Both the position numbers and the translations under genes were made by a program. Shown here piece by piece: positions 30,735-41,830 of a stretch of DNA of 64,000 nucleotides. Position 1 is the first letter of the stretch. The number at the start of each line of letters is the position of its first letter. The stretch is from the NCBI GenBank assembly GCA_965277405.1, contig OZ255726.1:1792001-1856000 (forward strand), in the 5' to 3' direction. A model generated the notes under the pieces. It ran no database searches and was not told the DNA's origin. It worked only from the letters and a program-made list of their open reading frames with translations. Source of the DNA: Gammaproteobacteria bacterium (GTDB lineage Bacteria; Pseudomonadota; Gammaproteobacteria; G965277405).

Positions 30735-31364
30735 TTGGCATTTGATTTATACTTGCGCGCACCGTCATTTTCTGCAATAGACGAGCAGCAGTTATGGCTG
30801 CGCTTTACTACATCACGCAGCCAGCACGACCTTGTCAGCGCAGCGCGGTTTATCGACGAGTTGATAACGCGCCGACCACGCAAGATTGAGTACTTGCGAC
30901 TCAAAGCAGCAACAGCAGAGCAAGCTGGCAATTGGCAGCTTGCGTTGGACACCAATTCAATGATATTGACTATACAGCCACAACACTTAGCCACACTGCG
31001 TAACAGGTCACGAATCGCAACACGCCTCCAACAATTCTCGATTGCCCTTGCAGACTTACAAACCCGCATTAGCATCCAGCCAACAGCTGTAGCGCCACTC
31101 ATTGAACGCGCTCAAGTGTATTATCAACAACACGCAATGTCATTAGCAATCAACGATCTCAGCGTTGCGCAACAACTCAACCCCAAAGATCCAAATGTAT
31201 ATTTTCAACGCGCCCTCGTGTATGCCACCACGCAGCAATACGCGCAAGCAGTAGCTGATTTACAACAGTTTTTACAACTTGCAGAACCATCTCCATTAGT
31301 GACAATAGCGCAAAAAAAATTGCCCCAGTGGCAGAACCTCAGCAATGCCAACACTGGCAAATAA
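30735..31364 (+). CDS. tetratricopeptide repeat protein
   Basis: TPR-like helices (AQQLNPKDPNVYFQRALVY...AVADLQQFLQL); the frame is open ~25 codons upstream. Confidence 0.8.
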   Translation: MAFDLYLRAPSFSAIDEQQLWLRFTTSRSQHDLVSAARFIDELITRRPRKIEYLRLKAATAEQAGNWQLALDTNSMILTIQPQHLATLRNRSRIATRLQQFSIALADLQTRISIQPTAVAPLIERAQVYYQQHAMSLAINDLSVAQQLNPKDPNVYFQRALVYATTQQYAQAVADLQQFLQLAEPSPLVTIAQKKLPQWQNLSNANTGK

Positions 31365-32484
31365 AGTTTATACATTGCAAACCAACGCAGCTGCTGTATT
31401 GGCTATTTGCTCTAAGCCAATATTTTCAGTGTACTGCCTAAGCTGGCTATTAGTATTGGTATCGATTGGTACCGTCGCCCAAAAATATATAGGTCTTTTC
31501 GCAGCACAACAGCTGTATTTTGCAAGTTTTATCATTTGGGTAGCGTTCATCCCATTACCAGGTGGCTACCTGACGATGGCATTCCTCAGCATTGGACTCT
31601 CAACCCGCATCTTTTCGAAACAAGTATGGAATACAAAAAAAATAGGGATAACCATCACCCATTGTGGCGTATTGACCTTACTCGTCGGTGGGCTTATCAC
31701 TGCCAGCAGCGATCAAGAAGGCAGTATTACGCTGCGACCACAGCAACAAAAATCCGTGTATACCGACTATTTTGACTACGAATTATTGATTAGCAACGGT
31801 TCACGCCAGTGGCGTTTTAGTAAATCACAGCTGGCAACATCCAAACAACTCCAGCAACAGCCATGGCCATTTACGTTGCGTATCCACCAACAGTTTGACA
31901 ACATTGATCTGCGCCAACGCAATAACGACGAAGATGTTCAAGAGTGGCATGGAATGGGAAAAATATTTGAACTGGTTAAAAAAGCCAACGAACTTGATGC
32001 GGAAAACAACCGCGCAGGTATTACCTTTTCACTCACAAGCGACCTCCCCAATGTCAACGGCAGGTATTCTATCTTCTTAGACATGCCAATCAACCAGACA
32101 ATCACCACAACACACAACACCTGGAGCATAACATTGCGCAAACAGCAATACCAACTACCATTTGCTGTGCGGCTTATTGAATTTGTCCAAGACTACTATC
32201 CGGGAACCAACATTGCTCGTGGCTTTTCATCATTGGTTGAAATCAAAGACGCCGGTATCACCCTCCGCGCACATATCTCAATGAATAACCCGCTCCGCTA
32301 TCAACACTATACCTTGTATCAGTCAGCGTTTATAGGCGGAACAACAGCTGCATCTGTTTTGGCTGTTGTAGCTAATCCAGGCTTTTTTATTCCATACATC
32401 GCCTGCTTGGTGATCGCATTGGGTTTACTCATCCACCTTGCCCTACAGGTTCCATCAATGCTTGAGCGTACCGAGCAACTATGA
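31345..32484 (+). CDS. cytochrome c biogenesis protein ResB/Ccs1 family (System II)
   Basis: GTVAQKYIG, ITHCG, LPFAVRL..F..DYYPGT, ISMNNPLRY..YTLYQS. Confidence 0.82.
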   Translation: MPTLANKVYTLQTNAAAVLAICSKPIFSVYCLSWLLVLVSIGTVAQKYIGLFAAQQLYFASFIIWVAFIPLPGGYLTMAFLSIGLSTRIFSKQVWNTKKIGITITHCGVLTLLVGGLITASSDQEGSITLRPQQQKSVYTDYFDYELLISNGSRQWRFSKSQLATSKQLQQQPWPFTLRIHQQFDNIDLRQRNNDEDVQEWHGMGKIFELVKKANELDAENNRAGITFSLTSDLPNVNGRYSIFLDMPINQTITTTHNTWSITLRKQQYQLPFAVRLIEFVQDYYPGTNIARGFSSLVEIKDAGITLRAHISMNNPLRYQHYTLYQSAFIGGTTAASVLAVVANPGFFIPYIACLVIALGLLIHLALQVPSMLERTEQL

Positions 32485-34304
32485 AAAAAATGCTGCTGAT
32501 AATAGCAGCGCTACTGATATTTCCAGCGTATGGAGGGCAATTGTCCGCAGAACAACGTAGCCAAATCGGTCAACTACCAGTGCAATACCAAGGGCGCATC
32601 CAGCCAATTGCCGTGTTTGCTGAAAACATGCTGCTGCAGTTTGCAAATTCACGCAGTATTGCTAACCAAGCTGCAGTTGACTGGCTATTGCAAACACTAT
32701 TCCAACCAGAACAGCAATACTCCATCCCATTGTTTGCTATCCGCAACCCAAATGTGGCAACATGGTTGCGTCTACCTGAGCGCAACCCCCCACTGTATAG
32801 TTTTATTGAAATTTCAACTAATGCCCAGCTACTACAACCAACGCTGAATGCAATCCAAAAAAAACCACTGTCACAACGCAGTATTATTGAAAATCAACTA
32901 TGGGAATTATATAGCGCGACATTGTTGTTCTTTGACCTTAGCCGCACGCTTTCTGCATTGCTGCCAACCCTAGTTGTCACTGATGACGAGCTAGCACAAA
33001 CACTCAATATTCAACCGCAACAACAATATAGTTATATTCAGCTCAATCGGCGCACTGCTGCAATCCAACCAAACAGGCTTGCAGCCAGCACCCGTAAATC
33101 CTTGAACCAGCTACAGGCGCAATTAGATACTTTAGCAAACGATGCACTCAGTCAAACCATGCGACTGATACCTACTGCCACAGACAGCTGGCTGTCGCCA
33201 TGGCAGATAATCCAAAGTGGTGCCGGTTCACCAATGGTTGCAAAATACATCAGCAGCTGGCAGCAATTTGCTGCTGCCTATCTTGACAATAATCAGCAAG
33301 ATATGCGCCAATCCAGCGCGGCATTGTTGGCAACGAGCACCACAGACTTTGCTAGAATGTATTCTACATTGAGAATTGTACTTGAATATTGGCAACTGCG
33401 CACCAGCCCTTTTACTTGGTTAACAGCCGGCTATGCTATCCTCGCCTGCGCATGGTTGTGGGTCGTTATCCGCCGCCTTAACAGCAATCATCGCCTGTTG
33501 TTCGCCGCAACGTGGTTGACCATTGCCGCACATGCCGCTGCGATTGCTGTCCGCGTCTATATTGTAAACCGCCCTCCAGTTGCAACATTATATGAATCGA
33601 TTATCGCCGCAGGCATGGTTGCGGCAGTGTTTGCGGTGCTGCTGGAGCAACAGCAGTACAACAGCACATTTGTCGGCACACCTGCTCTTGCGGGTACATT
33701 GATTGCTGCCACGTTGTTGTGGCTCAGCCATGGCTACGCCGCCGCAGGTGACACCATGGGGGTGTTAGTTGCCGTACTCAACAGTAATTTTTGGCTCACT
33801 ACGCATGTCATTTGCGTGATTCTTGGCTACGGTTGCGGACTATTGGCGAGTATACTCGCCCATATCTATTTATTGCGCAGATGCTTTATAGCGCACCAAC
33901 GCATCCTGCAACATTACAACGCGGCTATGGTCATCGGTCTTTTCGCCTTATTCTTTATTAGCTTTGGTACGATTTTAGGCGGTATCTGGGCAGACCAATC
34001 TTGGGGAAGGTTTTGGGGCTGGGATCCAAAAGAAAACGGCGCGCTGGCAATATCACTATGGTTATTGATCACGTTTCACAGTAAATGGGCAGCGGCTAAA
34101 CCGCTGACCGTTGCCACGTGCATGGCAGTTACCGCTGTGGTGATTATGCTCGCTTGGTTCGGGGTAAATTTACTCAATACCGGATTACATTCGTATGGAT
34201 TTACACAAAATATCGCCGCAAATTTAATACTGTTTATTGGCGCAGAAGCACTGCTGTTAAGCACAATCCATGGTTGGATACACACCCGCAAATGCGCTGG
34301 CTAA
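32481..34304 (+). CDS. ccsA: cytochrome c biogenesis protein CcsA/ResC (System II)
   Basis: RPPVATLYES, NFWLTTHV, GGIWADQSWGRFWGWDPKEN (WWD domain), GLHSYG. Confidence 0.92.
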   Translation: MKKMLLIIAALLIFPAYGGQLSAEQRSQIGQLPVQYQGRIQPIAVFAENMLLQFANSRSIANQAAVDWLLQTLFQPEQQYSIPLFAIRNPNVATWLRLPERNPPLYSFIEISTNAQLLQPTLNAIQKKPLSQRSIIENQLWELYSATLLFFDLSRTLSALLPTLVVTDDELAQTLNIQPQQQYSYIQLNRRTAAIQPNRLAASTRKSLNQLQAQLDTLANDALSQTMRLIPTATDSWLSPWQIIQSGAGSPMVAKYISSWQQFAAAYLDNNQQDMRQSSAALLATSTTDFARMYSTLRIVLEYWQLRTSPFTWLTAGYAILACAWLWVVIRRLNSNHRLLFAATWLTIAAHAAAIAVRVYIVNRPPVATLYESIIAAGMVAAVFAVLLEQQQYNSTFVGTPALAGTLIAATLLWLSHGYAAAGDTMGVLVAVLNSNFWLTTHVICVILGYGCGLLASILAHIYLLRRCFIAHQRILQHYNAAMVIGLFALFFISFGTILGGIWADQSWGRFWGWDPKENGALAISLWLLITFHSKWAAAKPLTVATCMAVTAVVIMLAWFGVNLLNTGLHSYGFTQNIAANLILFIGAEALLLSTIHGWIHTRKCAG

Positions 34305-34864
34305 TATACATATTCATCCCGTTGGCGATGGTTGCCACCAGCGTCGTTGGGCTATGGCATACTATCTGGTTGCCAACCGCTGCAACTACAGTGTATACCC
34401 ATGCAGCCGTGAGTTTAACCAAGTTACCTGAGGTCAGTTTGCCGCTACTCGACAGCCAACAAGCTGCAAGCAACACAATAGCTATAAGCGACAAAACAGG
34501 TGCGGCTACCATTATTAATTTCTGGGCTTCGTGGTGTGGTCCATGTCGCGAAGAGTTGCCGCTGCTGTTTGACTTGGTAAATCGCTATCCAAAACTCCAC
34601 TTAATCACCATCAATAATGACCTAAAAAAAACACAAGCACTCGAGTTCATGCGCACCATGTTGGCAAACAACACAATTGATGGGCAACGTGTCAGTTGGT
34701 TTTGGGATGAAACTCTCCAGGTTTCACCCCAACAATTTGGCGTATATCGCCTACCAGAAAGTTTTATTAGCGATGCTAATAACACCATCGTCACCAAAAT
34801 AGTTGGACTCAATGACTGGAATAACGGCACAGGAGAACGCGTTATTAGCAAATTATTGCCATGA
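34292..34864 (+). CDS. TlpA/ResA-family thiol-disulfide oxidoreductase
   Basis: N-terminal TM, INFWASWCGPCREE, LPES. Confidence 0.9.
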   Translation: MRWLIYIFIPLAMVATSVVGLWHTIWLPTAATTVYTHAAVSLTKLPEVSLPLLDSQQAASNTIAISDKTGAATIINFWASWCGPCREELPLLFDLVNRYPKLHLITINNDLKKTQALEFMRTMLANNTIDGQRVSWFWDETLQVSPQQFGVYRLPESFISDANNTIVTKIVGLNDWNNGTGERVISKLLP

Positions 34865-34910
34865 ATAGCGTTGCCTCGTTGGCAGCAACTGCAACCACGC
34901 ATACGCTGAT

Positions 34911-34957
34911 GGAGCCGCTGCTTAACTCGCTCCATCAGCGAGTTAAGCAGCGGCTCC
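34911..34957. repeat. perfect 21-bp-stem hairpin built from MITE end sequence
   Basis: GGAGCCGCTGCTTAACTCGCT-CCATC-AGCGAGTTAAGCAGCGGCTCC. Confidence 0.9.
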
Positions 34958-34977
34958 CTACAACACGAGCATTTTTT

Positions 34978-35598
34978 ATGAACACTATCACCACCCAAGA
35001 CGATATAGCTAATGGTTGTAAATATCTTTGCAAAAAGGAGCCTGCGTTTGCAACAGCAGTCGCGCTGATTGAGACGATTCCATTACGGTTGCGTCCCAGT
35101 GGTTTTACCACAGTGCTGCAAACTATTGTTTCCCAACAGCTCTCTGTTGCCTCAGCGGCTGCCACTTGGAAACGTCTTGTTGCATGCGGTTTAGATAACG
35201 CAGCAACATTGCTAGCGGCAGATGAGCAACAACTACGATCATGTGGACTATCGCATCAAAAAATACGCTATGCGCGCGCACTTGCAACAAGCAATATCGA
35301 CTTTGAGGCATTAAAAACATCCAGCAATGATGCGGTTATTGCCACGCTTATTCAAGTTCAAGGTATCGGGCGTTGGAGTGCTGAAATCTATGCAATGTTC
35401 GCGCTTGGTCGTGCAGACGTATTTGCTGCAGGTGACCTTGCCTTGCAAGAAAGTACGCGAATGTTGTTTGCGTTGCCAGCACGCCCAACGGTAACACAAA
35501 TGCGCGAACGCGCAGCAACATGGTCACCATGGCAGGCAGTTGCAGCGCGGATATTATGGAGCTATTACCATGTTATGAAGCAGCGTGAGGGTATTTAG
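34978..35598 (+). CDS. DNA-3-methyladenine glycosylase II (AlkA-like, HhH-GPD)
   Basis: IVSQQLSVASA, GLSHQK, GIGRWSAE, DVFAAGDL, WSPW. Confidence 0.9.
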   Translation: MNTITTQDDIANGCKYLCKKEPAFATAVALIETIPLRLRPSGFTTVLQTIVSQQLSVASAAATWKRLVACGLDNAATLLAADEQQLRSCGLSHQKIRYARALATSNIDFEALKTSSNDAVIATLIQVQGIGRWSAEIYAMFALGRADVFAAGDLALQESTRMLFALPARPTVTQMRERAATWSPWQAVAARILWSYYHVMKQREGI

Positions 35599-35664
35599 CA
35601 AGCACAACTTTATTTAATTTTTATTATTGGAAGCGCTGATTAAGTCATTGATGATGTGGATTGA

Positions 35665-35692
35665 TTGACATTCAACGCTTAATGGGTAGAAT
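35665..35692 (+). promoter_or_regulatory. candidate sigma70 promoter of ilv operon
   Basis: TTGACA-16 nt-TAGAAT upstream of ilvI. Confidence 0.6.
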
Positions 35693-35806
35693 GCTTATCC
35701 GCTGTTACTCGCAGCATTATTAATCCGATCCCACAAGGAGCGGTTTCAACAAACTATCTAGCGCGTTGGCATCTTTTTTGGGCATCTATTCATTAAGGAG
35801 ATTCAT

Positions 35807-37531
35807 ATGCCCAACCTTGCTGGCGGCGAAATGTTATTGAGGGCGCTTGCTGATGAAGGTGTTAAATACATCTTTGGCTATCCTGGCGGCGCAGTATTAC
35901 ACATCTACGATGCCATCTATACCCAAGATAAAGTAACCCATGTCTTGGTACGCCACGAACAAGCTGCAGCACATATGGCAGACGGCTATGCCCGCGCCAC
36001 GGGTAAAGCTGGGGTGGTATTGGTCACGTCTGGGCCTGGTGCGACCAATGCGATTACAGGGATTGCTACTGCGTTTATGGATTCTATTCCAATGGTAGTT
36101 ATTTCTGGGCAAGTTGCATCTGCGCTAATTGGTTCTGATGCATTCCAAGAAATCGACATGCTGGGTATTTCACGCCCTGTGGTAAAACACAACTTTACAG
36201 TTGCAAACCCTGCGCATATCCCAGAAATTGTTAAAAAAGCCTTTTATATTGCAGAAAGCGGTCGCCCAGGTCCAGTGGTCATTGACATCCCCAAAGATAT
36301 GACTGACCCAGCGTTAAAACTACCATACAGCTACCCAAAATCTGTAAGTTTGCGTACATACAACCCAACTACAATAGGCCACAGCGGGCAGATTAAAAAA
36401 GCTTGTGAACTGATTATTAAAGCACATAAGCCAATTTTGTATACCGGCGGTGGGATAATTTTAGACAAGGCAAGTGTGCCGTTGTATGAACTCGCTACGC
36501 TGTTACGCATCCCGGTAACCAACACGCTGATGGGGTTGGGAGCATTTCCAGGAACCCACGAGCAATTCTTAGGAATGCTCGGTATGCACGGCAGCCATGA
36601 AGCCAATCAAGCGATGCATAATAGTGATTTAATTATTGCCATCGGCGCGCGATTTGACGATAGGGTTACCAATAATATTGCGATGTTCTGCCCGCATGCA
36701 ACCATTATTCATGTAGACATCGACCCATCGAATATTGGTAAAACAGTCCGCGTCGACGTTCCAATCGTTGGCCCGTGTTCTCAAGTTATCAATGCAATGA
36801 TTGCAGAATTACGCCCGCTGGTTGCAGAACATGATACCACAGCGCTCGATGCATGGTGGTCTACAATCAACGCGTGGAGACAAAAAGACAGGTTCCCGTA
36901 TACAACCAACGACACATTACTCAAAGCGCAACAAGTTATAAAAGCGGTATACGATCACACCAAAGGCGACGCCTACGTCACTTCTGATGTCGGCCAACAC
37001 CAAATGTTTGCCGCGCAGCATTATATATTTGACAAGCCGAACCGCTGGATTAACTCAGGCAGCCTAGGCACCATGGGTTTTGGTCTCCCGGCGGCAATGG
37101 GTGTATTGTTTGCCGACCCAAAAGAAGCCGTGGTATGCATCACCAGTGAAGGAAGCATTCAAATGTGCATCCAAGAACTTTCTACATGCAAACAATGGGG
37201 TCTTCCTGTGAAAATCATCAACTTGAACAACCAATCTCTGGGGATGATAAAGCAGTGGCAAGACATGCAATATGATGGCCGCCATTCAAATTCGTATATG
37301 TCATCGTTGCCTGACTTTGTCATGCTAACCGAAGCCTATCAACATAAAGCCATCCAAGTCCGAACGCCAAAAGAACTGCAACCAGCACTTGATAAAGCGT
37401 TTGGTGAATGGAAAGATGAACTGGTTTTCTTAGATATTTTGGTCGACCCAGACGAGCATGTATACCCGATGCAAATCGCTAAAAGTCGCATTAATGATAT
37501 GTGGTTAAATAAATTGGAACGCACAGAATGA
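35807..37531 (+). CDS. ilvI: acetolactate synthase large subunit
   Basis: FGYPGGAVL, RHEQ, TSGPGATN, RFDDRVT, SDVGQHQM. Confidence 0.95.
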   Translation: MPNLAGGEMLLRALADEGVKYIFGYPGGAVLHIYDAIYTQDKVTHVLVRHEQAAAHMADGYARATGKAGVVLVTSGPGATNAITGIATAFMDSIPMVVISGQVASALIGSDAFQEIDMLGISRPVVKHNFTVANPAHIPEIVKKAFYIAESGRPGPVVIDIPKDMTDPALKLPYSYPKSVSLRTYNPTTIGHSGQIKKACELIIKAHKPILYTGGGIILDKASVPLYELATLLRIPVTNTLMGLGAFPGTHEQFLGMLGMHGSHEANQAMHNSDLIIAIGARFDDRVTNNIAMFCPHATIIHVDIDPSNIGKTVRVDVPIVGPCSQVINAMIAELRPLVAEHDTTALDAWWSTINAWRQKDRFPYTTNDTLLKAQQVIKAVYDHTKGDAYVTSDVGQHQMFAAQHYIFDKPNRWINSGSLGTMGFGLPAAMGVLFADPKEAVVCITSEGSIQMCIQELSTCKQWGLPVKIINLNNQSLGMIKQWQDMQYDGRHSNSYMSSLPDFVMLTEAYQHKAIQVRTPKELQPALDKAFGEWKDELVFLDILVDPDEHVYPMQIAKSRINDMWLNKLERTE

Positions 37532-38022
37532 AACATTTGATTGCTGTACTAATCGAAAATCAATCTGGCGCGCTGTCCACTGTGGCAGGGTTGTTTTCCC
37601 AACGTAGCTATAACATTGACTCGCTTACCGTAGCACCAACCCAGGATGCAACGTTATCGCGAATTACGATTGCAACACAAGGAGATGCTCATATTCTTGA
37701 ACAAATCGTCAAGCAACTCAACAAACTAGTGGTAACATTTAAAGTCATCGAACTCTCTGACCAACAGCACATAGAGCGCGAAGTAGCACTCGTCAAAGTC
37801 CGCGCCATCGGCGAACAACGAACAGAAATGCATCGTTTAGTCGAAGTATTTCGCTGCCATATTATTGATATTACTCCAAAAACATTCGTCATTCAGGTTG
37901 CAGGAAAAAGCAAAAAGATTGATGCGTTTTTGGCAGCAGTCGGTAGCAAATATTTGCTAGAACTTACCCGTAGCGGCGTATTGGGTATCTCCCGTGGAGA
38001 CAAGGCAATGGCTATTCAATAA
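37528..38022 (+). CDS. ilvH: acetolactate synthase small regulatory subunit
   Basis: ACT domain ENQSGALS..GLFSQRSYNIDSL, EQIVKQLNKL. Confidence 0.95.
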   Translation: MKHLIAVLIENQSGALSTVAGLFSQRSYNIDSLTVAPTQDATLSRITIATQGDAHILEQIVKQLNKLVVTFKVIELSDQQHIEREVALVKVRAIGEQRTEMHRLVEVFRCHIIDITPKTFVIQVAGKSKKIDAFLAAVGSKYLLELTRSGVLGISRGDKAMAIQ

Positions 38023-38030
38023 TTCAATAA

Positions 38031-39077
<1,047 letters not shown>

Positions 39078-39235
39078 TAATTAAAGGCGAGCTTCCTTAA
39101 CAAGACATGAGTTGCAATATAAATCTTGCTAATTAAGTGTTTTTTATTAATTGATACTGTTACAATCAAAAGCCAACGATAACAGTTTCACAGCATTAAT
39201 ATTTAAGCAATTATTATTTTGCTGCAGACACACCA

Positions 39236-40114
39236 ATGTTCACTTGCACTCAAGCGCAGCTATTTTTGAATATGCGTAAAGCGGTTATCGCTACCTTACT
39301 GTTTTGTTTTCCCTCCAGTATATGTGCGTATGGAGACGATAATGGCTTGAGCGGCTACGATGCGTTTGGCAACTTTACATCGTTCCAGCAACAATTACCG
39401 CAGCGGCAAAGAAACGATATTCCCAAATACTTCCCCAAGATAGCCTCACGCCAAGATTTTGAACGGCGCAAATACTACGAGCTTGTCAACAAGTATTTTT
39501 CAAATATGATTAGATTTTTTGAATCAAGGATATATATTGCATTTGATTCTTCAGTCGTCAGCGTATTTAACCAACGCTTAAATGAATACGACAAAAATTT
39601 TGGCACTTCATTATATTATTCAAAAGATCGTTTTTGGCCAACATACGTTGAGTTACTCTCTATTATCAATGAACAATTTATCTGGTCTGCTGCTCGTGTC
39701 CACTTAGTAAAGAATTATGAAACAATCGCCACAATAGTACAAACGTACCAGAATCCATATTTATCTGGCGAAGGCGAACAATATTTCCAACACGACCTAG
39801 TGTTTTTGAACCCAAAACTCATCAAGAACCCGCCAAAAGCAGGCGATTTATTATTGTTACCGCCCAAAACGTTAACTTCTAGCCCTGCGTATTTCGTCCC
39901 GATCAGTCACAATCAGAGTTTACAATTGCCATTCGTTGCGAGCATACCGCTACGTAAGGGTCGCTCATTTATAGAATATGCAGAAAACGACATAACATTA
40001 GCTAGTAGTGGGAGGGCTTTAAACGATGCGTTGTCAAAAAAAACTCCTGCACGTAGTGGTTCACTAATTCTGCGCCAATCTGCCGCCACAGACAGCACAG
40101 CGCCAACAAAATAG
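39236..40114 (+). CDS. hypothetical exported protein
   Basis: 292-aa ORF with a signal-like segment; no recognised motif. Confidence 0.55.
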   Translation: MFTCTQAQLFLNMRKAVIATLLFCFPSSICAYGDDNGLSGYDAFGNFTSFQQQLPQRQRNDIPKYFPKIASRQDFERRKYYELVNKYFSNMIRFFESRIYIAFDSSVVSVFNQRLNEYDKNFGTSLYYSKDRFWPTYVELLSIINEQFIWSAARVHLVKNYETIATIVQTYQNPYLSGEGEQYFQHDLVFLNPKLIKNPPKAGDLLLLPPKTLTSSPAYFVPISHNQSLQLPFVASIPLRKGRSFIEYAENDITLASSGRALNDALSKKTPARSGSLILRQSAATDSTAPTK

Positions 40115-40300
40115 TATTACTAGCAACACAGGTTCGCCAAGCGTTATTCAACGCAGCAGCGCCAACAACAATATAACGCGTGATACGGTCAATGTACGCC
40201 GAAATATCCAGTTCACCACTCCTCAACGTGCATTAATGCAAGCTCCTGCGACGAACAATACCGCCGCTGGTATTGCACCCAAAACATTTATTAGCTCTAA

Positions 40301-41493
40301 GGAAGCTCTGATTAAGTCCCATACAACAGCAATATCAGCTACAAAGATATACAATGGTGAATCTATTTGAATAAGCGGATAATCTTATGCAACAAACAAC
40401 TTTTGCCAGTGCTGCATACGACCACAAGAAAGTAACAACAAAACGTGAAAAATTCTTGCAGTTAATGGACAAATTAGCTCCATGGCAACAGTTGTTAGAG
40501 TTAATAGAACCGCATTATCCCAAGAAAGGGAATGGCCGCCCACCGATTAATATGCAGACCATGTTACGCATTTATTTTTTACAGCAATGGTACAACTTAT
40601 CAGACCCAGGGGTAGAAGAAGCACTATATGACATGGAAAGCATGCGGCGTTTTGCCCATATAGAGCTGATAGACGATGCCATCCCTGCTGAAACTACCAT
40701 CTTGAACTTGCCCGCAGGATCATAGAAAAACATCAACTCAGCGTCAAGATACTTGCTGTGGTGAATGAGTATTGTATGGAAAATAATATAACAATCTCAC
40801 CAGGGACAATGGTTGCTGCCACGACCATCAATGCGCCATCATCTACGAAGAATAAAGAGAAAAAACGGGATCCTGAAATGCATCAAACCCGCAAAGGCAA
40901 TCAGTGGTATTTTGGCATGAAGATTCATATAGGAACTGACGCTAATAGCAATATGATGCATAGCGCGGCAATGCCTACCACCACAGCCGCGAATGAAGCT
41001 GACATCAATGAACTCCCCAAATTGCTGCGTGAAACAGATAAGGTTATCTTTGCCGATGCAGGATATACGAGCGACAGTTATAAACGCGGCTCGCGTCACC
41101 TTGGGATAGATTGGCGCGTGAATGATAAACGTAAACCAAAGCAGCAAATGAGCGGCTCGCAGCGCAAACGCAATAGACAGAACTCTAAGGTGCGCGCCCG
41201 GATTGAGCACTGTTTTCGGGTAATCAAATGTCAGTTTGGTTATAAGAAAGCTCGCTACAAAGGACTAGAAAAGAATCGAGTACAAGTATTTTCTTTGCTG
41301 GCATTGACGAACTTATACATGCTGCGAGGACGACTAACAGGATAGAACCGCCCAAAATTCAAGAAAAACAGTAAAAAACAGTAAAAAACAGTAAAACAGC
41401 AACACGAAGATCAGCGAAATGATCAAATATTGACCATTGAAAATTATTGCTATTATTTTTTTGGAGTATATGCGAGGCTTAATCAGAGCTTCC
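40301..41493 (+). mobile_element. IS5-family insertion sequence, 1193 bp
   Basis: 16-bp perfect TIR GGAAGCTCTGATTAAG; flanks CTAA / TTAA (YTAR); IS5-group transposase inside. Confidence 0.95.
40387..41345 (+). pseudogene. IS5 transposase, frameshifted near 40710, first catalytic Asp replaced (VDAT to VAAT)
   Basis: MLRIYFLQQWYNLSDP, RDPEMHQTRKGNQWYFGMK, ADAGY, RARIEHCF split over two frames. Confidence 0.92.
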
Positions 41494-41743
41494 TTAAGCC
41501 GAAGTGCGCAGATAATACTGTTGGTCTTGTGGGTGTTGCCAAGTGCTGCAACGACGCTGCGCAGCGTTTTTGCTCCGTCGTTGTGTTGAATATACTTTGG
41601 GTTTGCGGCAGCGGTACTTGCTGTGTTGCATCCCTTGGCGTATAGCTAGGTCATGCGCCAGCGGTTTGCGTGCGGTTTGCGCCTTGCAATCATCAGCAAT
41701 TGCAGGCAAACTCGCTCCATCAGCGAGTTAATCAGAGGTTTCC
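41494..41743 (+). mobile_element. left-truncated MITE copy abutting the IS5 right end
   Basis: Begins at the MITE-internal TTAA, continues homologous to other copies, ends TTAATCAGAGGTTTCC. Confidence 0.88.
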
Positions 41744-41830
41744 TATGGAGCGTTTGCTGCATGTTCTGACACACTTACAATCACCAGGAATTCACACCGC
41801 TCGCATTGTTATGCACAACGAGAAAGCACT

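Noticed and set aside
34861-34977. N-terminal extension of the AlkA ORF through the 47-bp palindrome
   Set aside because: Family-like sequence begins at ATG 34978; translation of the extension is unsupported, although it cannot be excluded
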